From Octopus bimaculoides (Eukaryota), in assembly GCF_001194135.2 (NCBI RefSeq), contig NC_068995.1:14298332-14362331 (forward strand): 64,000 nucleotides of DNA, written 5' to 3'. The notes under the pieces are model-generated. The model searched no databases. It was not told where the DNA came from and saw only the letters and a list, made by a program, of their open reading frames with translations. A program made the translations under genes and the position numbers. Shown here one piece after another: positions 28,195 through 39,272 of the stretch (positions within the stretch are counted from its first letter, which is position 1; the number at the start of each line of letters is the position of its first letter).

Positions 28195-29703
28195 TAAGAC
28201 CTATCTGGAATCATCAACCATGTGTTGAAAGTCATCTGATTGATTTTTTGCAATGAATCTATTTGTATTCACGTTTTATTAGTCATTAGTATTAATTAGG
28301 TGAAGCAAGTAGATGTTATTACATTTTAATGTCCTTTTTGAGTTCACATTAGCTAATTAACTTGATGAGTAATGTTAGAAGCTTGTTTCAATTTTCCTTT
28401 TGAATTCATATACAATTTATTTTTTACTGTTGCAAGCTCAGTCCATTAGTATGTAAGAATGCACCTATTAAGGGTTGCTGGTGTAGGAGTCTTAAAAGGA
28501 AAACTAAAATATTTCAATTGTTATTGGAGTTAGGGTTAGCATGCTGGATTTGGAGTACACCTTCCTATTGCCTTATTTCCATTAAAATATACAGTAATTG
28601 TTTCTATTGAGTTTTTGACAAACTACAAGTAATTTTGTAAAATGCCTATCCTTATTAAGTTGGTGTTTGAAATCTTAGGTTTCAGTTGCTTCAAAACAGA
28701 AAATTTTAATCCTAATACCAGGAGTAGTTTCAGACAGTTTTGATCTTTGTGTGTATAATAGCTAATTTTGGATTTATCAATTATTAAAGTTATCATTTTG
28801 ATTTTTTTTTTTTTTTTTTTTTTTAATATATGGGGAAGGGTAATAGTTAATTGAATCAACCCCAGAGTATTAGTGGTATTTAACCGAGTCCCCCTTCTCA
28901 CAAAAGGATGAAAGAAATATAACTCAAAAGTGTTAACTTAAGAGTGTAGATAAACAAACAAAAAAACTGTTAAAAGTATTTTCTTTACTGCTCTAGGATT
29001 CCTACATATACACCACATTTCCATTTACTGATACTAGTACAGAACAAGGCAGCAAGCTGGCTGAATCCTTAGCTTACTGGGTAAAATACTTAACAGCATT
29101 TCTAAGTTCAAATTCCATCATAGTCAACTTTGCCTTTCATACTTTCGGATTCGATTAAAATAAGTACCAGTCGAGCACTGGAGCCAGTGCAATCAACTCC
29201 TTCCCTCCCAGAAATTGCTGGACTTGTGCAAAAATTTAAAACTGATATTGGTACAGTAGACTTATTTAGAAGTATATTGGAATAATGAATTGAATACTTG
29301 ATGCTGGTTTTGTGTGGATATTGTCATATTTGGTGTCTTTATTAAATTACTACAAATCCAAACTAAGAGTATATACTATCATACACTTTTAATTCATAAC
29401 AGTTGTGTTTTCACTGGCTTTTAAGTCAGCTACTTTCACTAATAATAATCACCTAAAACTACCAATACTTTAACTAATGTTTTAACCAATGCTTTAATTT
29501 ACCTCCTGTGGGCGCTGTGGAATAATCTATTATTCATTCAGATATTCAATTCTGACCACCCTTCCTTTCTCTATTTTTCATTTTAGGTTGATGATATTAT
29601 CAAACCAGTTAAGGTTGATGAAGTCCAGAGTGCTCCTGCACCATACCATCCATTAGATTTCTGCATCCCTGTTGGTCCAGTTTTCAACTTTGTCTCAGGT
29701 TAG

Positions 29704-29737
<34 letters not shown>

Positions 29738-32700
29738 AATTTTTCTTTCTCGTAACATATGGCTGTGTGGTTAAAAAGCTCAAGTTTGCCATCACAACCA
29801 TATGATTTTAGGTTTAGTCACACTGCATGGCACCTTGGGAAAATGTATTCTTCTATAGCCCCGAATCAACCAACAATATCTTGTATGTGAATGGACACAT
29901 TTTCATGGAAGATTGGAAACTGACAACACTTGTATGATGATGACACAAATATGCAATGCCACGATGAGGAAGTACACATGCACACACACACCTTTCGGTT
30001 TCTATTAGATTCAGTCATAATACTTTGGTTGAGTAGAAAACACTTGCCTGAGTTCCATACAGGAGACTGAACCCAAAAACATGGAATTGGGAAGTAAACT
30101 TCTTAACCATAAGACCATGCCTGATCTTTGAATTCATATGATTATAGTTATGGTCACTAATAGTTTCATTGTCAGATCAGTGAAAAGTAAAATGAAGTAG
30201 TTTAGTAAACCATGACCAGAAATATCTCGTTTCAGTTGAGACCTTAAATATCTAATAAAGAACTCTACATTGGCTCTTTCTGGCTTTTCTAACAAGTAAT
30301 CTAAAGGATTTATTTTCATTTATTATATTGAATCATTGACATCATCATAGTTTTTAATGTCCACTTTTCCATGCTTGCATTGGTTGAATGGAGTTTGAGA
30401 CAGATTTTCTGTAGCTGGATGTCCTTCCTGTTGCCAGGCAAAGTAATATTTCTCCATGGCCAAATATGTTTTCATAGAAAATTGGAAATGGACACCACTT
30501 TCATGATGGTGACATTCATTTATGACTATCAAGTGATGTCAAAATATGAAGAGACAAACCTGCATACACACAACGGGCTTCTTTAAATTTCCATTTACCA
30601 AATCCACTTACAAGGTGTTGGTGAACACCAGGGCTATAGTAGATACTTGTTGAAGATGACAATACAATAATAATTTTGTATTTTCTCACATTTTGTTTTT
30701 TATTCTCTTAGGTCACATTATCACTCCTTCTGGTAAGAAGGTTTATCCCAAAATTGAAGACAACAAGAATGGTACCGTTGGTGTTCGTTACCAACCAACT
30801 GAAGCTGGTTTGCATGAGCTTCACATCCAGTACAACAATGAACCCGTCTATGGTGAGATTACCATTTTTTTTTTTTCTTTGTGCACCTTCTTTGTTTCCA
30901 TATTTTTCTTCTTTTTAAGGCAGCTAGCTGGCAGAATCATTAGCATGCCGGACAAAATGCGTAGCAGCATTTCATATGTTTTAACATTCTGAGTTCAAAT
31001 TCTGGCATGGTCAATTTTGTCTTTCATCCTTTCGGGGTCAGTGAAATAGTACCAGTTGAGAACTTGAGACCATGTCACCGACTAGCTCCCTCACAAAATT
31101 TCAGGCCTTGTGCCTATATGAGAAAGGATTATTATTATGATTTGGAAAAATTGTTCGAGCATCAGACACAGTCTCTCTAGATTCTGAAGAGAATCCTGCT
31201 AGGGTCAACTTCGCCTTTCATCCTTCCAGGGTTAAAATAAAGTATGCTGTGAACTGGGCTCAACAATGCTGACTATTTACAGCCTTATGCCTTTATTACA
31301 AATTATTTTAGGCTCGTGTTAACTAATTCTTTCTCTTACCAAAAATAGAAATTCATCTGGAAATTTATCTACTTAGCCATTTTCACATGTATAATTTCTT
31401 TTGTTTTCTTTGTTAACAGGAAGTCCCTTCCATTTCCACGTGGATGCAATTAACAGTGGCCAAGTCACTGCACATGGACCTGGTCTTACACATGGTGTCG
31501 TCAACGAATCTGCTGTCTTCACCATTGTTACTAAAGATGCCGGCGCAGGTCAGTTTGATTCTTTTCTTTCTTTCAATTTTATTGTACTTTTTTGTTTACA
31601 AAAGCTTTTAGTTTTAATTCATGAATAAAACACAATGTTGGAATTTAGAATCATGTAATCTAAATTCTATACATATCATCCTTTGATGTCTACTCATCCA
31701 TATTTGCATAGGTCAGATGGAATTCATAGAACCAGATTTTACTGTGATCGGGTGCTCTTCCTGTTACCAACCCTCAGTTGCTTTGAAGAAAGTTAATATT
31801 TTGTCATGACCAAGTGCTTTCATGGAAGAGTGGGAACTAATGGCACTGCGTATATGATGTGACACTTGTTTCACAATCGTCATGCAGTGACAAGACTAGA
31901 GATCAAACATGCATACATACGATAGGCTTCTTTTAGTTTCTATCTACCAAATTCACTCAAAGCTTTGATCTCTCCAGGGCTGTAGTAGACATTTGTCCAA
32001 GTTGCCATGCAGTGGGACTGAACCCAAGACCATGTAACTGAAAAGTCATTTAAAAAATTCTTGTGAATCAAGGGATTCTCAAAGCAGATACTATAAAATT
32101 CCATATATAGAACACTACCATGCATCATGTATAAAACACTTCTCAATTGTTGAACCAAATTGACTTTAAAACCTTATAGTCGAGAAAGTTGTGGCGAAAG
32201 AGTACAGCAGGGTTCGCCACCATCCCCTGCCGGAGCCTTTCGGAGCTTTCGCTCAATAAACACTCACAACGCCCGGTCTGGGAATCGAAACTGCGATCCT
32301 ATAACCGCGAGTCCGCTGCCCTATCCACTGGGCCATTGCGCCTACAATACTAGAGTATACTATAAACCAATATAATAGTTTATATTTCATTCTATAAAAT
32401 AGATGTATAATAATCTAAATAATGAACCTTTTAATACTTTGTTGTGGATTGGGATGATTAAAGGAAAAAAAAAAAAGGGTGTATTAGATACATGTTGTTT
32501 TACAATAGTTCTGTATGTCAATTACATAAGTCTCAATGATATGAAGAATAAAGCACAACTCTGTTTAAATTATTTTTACCCTTGTTTCTACAATGATTTC
32601 CTATTTGTTGCTCGGAAGAGGACTAATGAGAATGATTTTTTTTTTTCATTTCAGGCGGTTTGTCCTTGTCCATTGAAGGTCCTTCTAAGGCCACTATTAA

Positions 32701-34871
32701 CTGTGTGGACAACAAAGACGGTACATGTACAGTTAGCTACTTGCCTACAGCTCCTGGAGAGTATTGTATTACTGTCAAGTTTGCTGATAGCAACATCTCT
32801 GGATCACCATTCAAACCAAAGATCACACGTACGTTGAAACTTTGTATAAATACATATATATTGCCATCAATATTATTTATTCATTTGGTAACATCGTCCA
32901 GTTTGTGAAACATTGGCGGGGGTTATTTCAGAAATTTTAAACTAATTATTGTTATATCTTTTAGTAAGCTTAATTGAATTAAAAAAAAAAAACTTAGATA
33001 AAGTCCTTTTTGTTGAGTTGAAAATATATTTTAGTTTCCAATCCATACTGGACTTTGTCAATTAATTTTGTTTCAGTCAAATATTTGAGTCTGTTGTGAA
33101 AGTTAAGCTTTATGCTTTCATGAATTGATAGAATACATAAAGTATCCAAATCCTGCTTTAGGTGCAGATAGAACTTCTCTTGAACAGAACATTTATAACA
33201 AGTTACATTCCCCACCTTGCAAAAAGAAAATGCCAGTTACTTATTCCTTAGAGTTAGCTGACCTGAAATCATGTAGAATTGTGTTCAGTTCAGAAATAAA
33301 ATACAAACTGCTTGCTGGAGATGTGAACTTTTGTCTTATAATTTAATAGTTGAAATAACTCATTCCCTATTTATCCACTGGTCCATTTTCACATGCATAT
33401 CATTAAAAAAAATCTAAGATTAGTAAATTTCGTAACTCCTTTCAGTTTTAATAAATTAAATGAAAATACTTCTAAATTATTTCAGAGAAGAAAGTATCTA
33501 GCCTTAAATCCTTTTAATTTATCAAATTGTTTCTTTGTTTATTTACAGCAAGTGAACCAAGGAGGAGAGCCCAAATATCTGTTGGTAGCAGCAGTGAAGT
33601 ATCTCTGAAGGTCACTGAAACTGACATAACTAATCTAACTGCAATGATCAAGACCCCATCTGGCAAAGAGGAACCTTGCATTTTGAAAAAGCTGTCCAAC
33701 GGTCACTTAGGTAACTATAACCGTTTGCATTGACTATCTACCCTCACTTTACTGACTGTCTGCCTGCACTTCACAGACCATTTTCCATAGCATATATCAT
33801 AAGATAGGCAGCATATTTGCTCACCTTTGATTTGAAATAATTTTGTTACAGCTTAAACTAAAAGCTCTATATCATAACCCATTTAAAGCTAGGTACAACC
33901 TATGGAAGAAAGCTATAGTAGCTTTGTCAAACTTAATCATCTTCAATTTTAAAGACACTTCAATTTTATTAATTTCACCTTTTTATATTATATATGATGC
34001 ACAGACACTTATGTATTCTAGATTCAGTAGGGTGTATGTATAAAGAATTATATACATTTTATATCTGTATTTGTACATGTAACTAATCCTGATTATGCCT
34101 TTGTGTTATATTCTACATATGTATTTCATCCATATTGTACTGCCCTTATTTTTCAGGTATTTCATTCACACCACATGAAGTCGGAGAGCATCTCGTCAAC
34201 GTCTACCGCAACGGACAACACATTGCAAGCAGTCCATTTAGGATTTATGTTGGTGAAGGAGAGTTGGGAAATGCTGGAAAGGTGAAGGTGACTGGCCGTG
34301 GAATTGTTGAAGGAATGGCAAATCAAGTCAATGAATTTACTGTCAATACCAAAGAAGCTGGTGTGTACAATTTGATTTTTATTGTTCTTAAGATAGACAA
34401 GGGGACATCTGTCCCCTCTGAACTTTGGAGGCCTCTTAGTTATGTATAGGAAAATCATAAGTAATATTGGAGATCCTGAATGTCGTAGTTCTGGGTTGGT
34501 GGGAATTGGTTGAAGTGTTTAGTGTGACATCTGGATAAGGAAGTACATGATTAATGGAGATGGTATGCAAATTGCTTGTTCAGAATGTCAGAAGTTGTTG
34601 TAGTACAGTTGATCCTTTATAAGTAAGGTATCATTTTTTGCATTTCAGTGGTCCTCGCATATCAAAAGCTAAAAACTATAAGACCTTTTTATCATGTCCG
34701 ATTGTAAAGTTTCTCTTTTGTGAGTGGTGTCCACTTAGTTGTTAATGAAGATGTCTGATGTGATGTGCCGCTGGCACAGGTGTTTTTATGTACCACTGGA
34801 ATAAGTGCAAATTGTGACACTGGCATTGGCTTGACTTATGATTTCACTTGGCTTGACAAAGCTTCTGTGTA

Positions 34872-34959
<88 letters not shown>

Positions 34960-37900
34960 GGGCTTCTGTCTATTAAATCCAATCACAAGATGAGGCTTTA
35001 GTTAGCCTGGAGCTATAGTAGAAGACACCCGCTCAAGATGCCATGCAGTGGTACTGAACCCAAAGCCATGTAGTTGGGAAGCAAACTTATTGCCTCACAG
35101 CCATGCCTCTACTTTCTGTTTCATAGATCATTAACTTCTGTGTTAATTTTGTTCTAAATATATTTTCAAATCTCAAGCTAAAAGGAACGGTGGAAGTTTT
35201 TTTTTTTTCTTTTTTTCTTGGAATATGCCACAGGGATTTTACATAAGAGATCATTATATTCTTTCAGGCTATGGTGGACTTAGCTTGTCCATTGAAGGTC
35301 CCAGCAAGGCAGATATTGAGTGTAAAGACAACGATGATGGTACATGTGGTGTTACTTACAAACCCACAGAACCTGGTACCTACATCATTAACATCAAATT
35401 TGCTGATGTCCATGTTCCAGGTAATTAGTGTTCATAATTTAAATTTTTTGTTTTTGTTACTAAAATGTTATTCCACATTGCATTCATTTTTTTTGTTCTT
35501 TGTAATGGCATTTAGCAGAATTAAAAGAGCATAAAAAAATACCTTATGGTGTTTTGTTATATCCATTTACATTGTCGCTCAATGTTGCCTTTTGGTCTTT
35601 TTGAGGTGATTGATAAATTCAAGAACCACCAGAATATTGGCAGTAAGATGGAAATTTAATCAATTTAGACACCCTTTCTATCCCCAACTGCTCTCCTAAG
35701 AATACCAGATGCATTTTTTATGGTACCTGCACTAAGAGTTGTCATTCTCTCAAAATAAGTGTCTTAACACTTATTTTGTCTCTACTCATTAGTGAACTGC
35801 TTCACACTAGTGAAGTTGCTTTGTACCACATAAGATTAAGTCCTCACAAAAAATCTATATCGTTTCTTAGTTTCCATGCTTCAGGTGGAGTTTATTGAAG
35901 CAGACTTTCTCTGATTGGACACCCTTCCTGTTGCCATTTGTCACTGGTTTCTAAACAGTGATATTTCCTCTTGACCAAACATGTTTTCATAAAATATTCG
36001 GAATGAACATTTATTTGCAACAATCACATGACATCAGGTGAAGGAGACACAAAAATATGCACAATGGGCTTTTTAGAGTTTCCATCTACAAAGTTCATTT
36101 AGAAGCTTCTCGCTGGCTTGGGGCTATAGTAGAAGACACTTGCCCAAGGAGCCATGCAGTGAGACTGAACCCAAAACTACGTGGTTGGAAAACAGATTTC
36201 TCAAACACTATCACATNNNNNNNNNNNNNNNNNNNNNNNNNNNNNNNNNNNNNNNNNNNNNNNNNNNNNNNNNNNNNNNNNNNNNNNNNNNNNNNNNNNN
36301 NNNNNNNNNNNNNNNNNNNNNNNNNNNNNNNNNNNNNNNNNNNNNNNNNNNNNNNNNNNNNNNNNNNNNNNNNNNNNNNNNNNNNNNNNNNNNNNNNNNN
36401 NNNNNNNNNNNNNNNNNNNNNNNNNNNNNNNNNNNNNNNNNNNNNNNNNNNNNNNNNNNNNNNNNNNNNNNNNNNNNNNNNNNNNNNNNNNNNNNNNNNN
36501 NNNNNNNNNNNNNNNNNNNNNNNNNNNNNNNNNNNNNNNNNNNNNNNNNNNNNNNNNNNNNNNNNNNNNNNNNNNNNNNNNNNNNNNNNNNNNNNNNNNN
36601 NNNNNNNNNNNNNNNNNNNNNNNNNNNNNNNNNNNNNNNNNNNNNNNNNNNNNNNNNNNNNNNNNNNNNNNNNNNNNNNNNNNNNNNNNNNNNNNNNNNN
36701 NNNNNNNNNNNNNNNNNNNNNNNNNNNNNNNNNNNNNNNNNNNNNNNNNNNNNNNNNNNNNNNNNNNNNNNNNNNNNNNNNNNNNNNNNNNNNNNNNNNN
36801 NNNNNNNNNNNNNNNNNNNNNNNNNNNNNNNNNNNNNNNNNNNNNNNNNNNNNNNNNNNNNNNNNNNNNNNNNNNNNNNNNNNNNNNNNNNNNNNNNNNN
36901 NNNNNNNNNNNNNNNNNNNNNNNNNNNNNNNNNNNNNNNNNNNNNNNNNNNNNNNNNNNNNNNNNNNATATATATATATATATATATATATAAAGTCAAG
37001 ATAGAAAATCAATGAATTTAAAGCTGTAGCATTGAAAATGCCAACTATTAAATCTAAAAATTTTTTCAAGTGAAAAATTAGATATAAAATTTCTTAATTA
37101 TATTACACTTTTTTAATGTGTTACTAATACTGAAATAAGTCTTATAGATTCTTAGCCTCATTTTTTTTTTCTTTCTACTGTTTTAAGCAATTTCATCTTC
37201 TCTAATTATGTTCTGTTGTCTTTAAGTATATGTGAGCTTAAGGTGGAATTGAACTCACTAACTTTCATTACATACAACATTTACTTTTGCGATGTAAACA
37301 ATCTGTTGATTACTTTTGTACTATGAACAATCTTTTGAATGACAGCTCCAACCAATAACATTATTTATCATGTATCCTATATAGAAGATTGAATGATACC
37401 TGGATTAAACAATGGAGTTGAACTTTACTATTAGTCAAGTGAAGTTGCTACTTAAGCCTCATCTGCTTTTTTGCATATTTGACACCTTAATTAAAGGTGA
37501 CTGGGAAACTGGATTAAGCTGAAGCAAATGGTATGAAAGGAAAATTTCCTTGTAATGTATCAAATCAATTCTTTCCCAGAAGAAAAAGAATCCTACAAAA
37601 GTCTTTCAGGTGATATCTCCAGCTGAATAGAAAAGAATATCTTAGATGCTCCTACAAAGATAAGGATGGCCATCACTGGAATGCCTTTCAATATCTTTAC
37701 AGGTCCTGATGTCACGAATAGCCAGCAGGCTTATTTAAATAATATTTAGTAATGATAGAACAGGAAAGGAAGAAGAAAAAAGAATGTTAAGTCTGAAGAT
37801 TTATTTCAGTAAATTATTGTTCTTTGAACATCTAAACATAAACATTACACTTTTTTTATTCTCCATCTTTTCATGACAAATAGTTATTTGTAGAATTTTT

Positions 37901-39232
37901 TCACCCCTGGAAGTTCTCTAAAAGTTTTTCCACTTCAGATAGTTTCCTTTCTTCCCCATTATGTATTTCCATGTGTGTATGTATGTATTTTTTTTTCTGT
38001 TTACATTAAAGCTATGTTTTTGCACTGAGCAATATTATTATTTTTCCTACAGAAAATTATTTGGCTATCAGAGGTAACTTTTGATACTAAATTTAAAAAT
38101 GTTTAAAGCCAGTTATTACCCTCCAATACACGGTTTTCTCTGGATCTTCATATTGTCTGTTTTATATATCTGAATTGCCTTTTTACCCATATATCTAATG
38201 TTAAAATGATCATTTCTGTGTTTTAAACAGAAATTATATTCATCTATATCCCTTTCTCTTTTTTTTTGTCTCTGGGTTCCTTGTTAGTTTTGTTCCATTT
38301 CTGAAATCATGAACATCGACTTCAAGATTCAGATTTACTGAACAAAATGTTTTGAAACTCTTCAGTATCGTATTTCAGATATATAAAAACTCTATGATGA
38401 TCCTAAGTGTTTAGTACATTGGCTCTGTTTTATATATAAATACACATATTTTGAAGAATCAAAAATCCACCTCCTTATTGAATTAAATTCCCTATGGTTC
38501 TAATGTCTTCTACTGTGTGATCCTCACCTCCACATCATAATGTACCTACATGAAGTCTCATATTTGATACTATAGTTAACAGCATTACTTTTGGACTGCA
38601 GATTAACCCTTGCACATTCCCTTCATAAACTGCAAGTCACTTTAAAAAAAAAAAGTACTTTGTCAAACTAACTTGGTGTATTAAGTTTGTTCAGTTTTTT
38701 TTTTTAAACTTTTACTATTCTTAAGAAAAAATAATTGCGATCACATACTACCAAGAATTTAATTAGTTCCATGCCATTTCTGTTGCAATCAAGTTTTCCT
38801 CATTCTTGTAGATTTTTTCCATGTTAACAGTCCAGTTGCTGTTAGTTAAAAAAAAATACAAAAAAATGTTGTCAGTTCTTAGAAAAGAGTTTTGGCTCTA
38901 TTTCTGAAGACAACTTCCAGCTATTGTGAAATCTGGCATTTAAGATTTTTGTTATCAGTGCCAAGAGTGGGTGGGAGGGGGAGAGTAAGGTAGAGATGCT
39001 TGTCTGCTGCTGCTGAAATGATATTTTTACTCACCTTGCTGGAGGGCAATAATGTAACTTCTCTCAGCCAGCACAGCTTCTTTTTAAGCTTTCAGCTACT
39101 GCTTATATTGCTCATTCTTCACTTTCTTCTGCAGAAGGAGAATCTATTTCAGTTTCGTTTAGCTTCTTCAAACAACAAAAACTAGTTGTTTTTTTCTTTC
39201 CCTTGCCTGTGACTTGTTGACAGTTAGAAGTA

Positions 39233-39272
<40 letters not shown>

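Noticed and set aside
28437-28448. 12-nt microexon candidate CTCAGTCCATTA (LSPL) in hinge 1
   Set aside because: AAG acceptor, with competing AG and GT sites giving frameshifting alternatives; too weak without reads.
32270-32345. Possible tRNA-Arg gene on the minus strand
   Set aside because: Acceptor and anticodon stems do not pair and the sequence continues into a SINE body.
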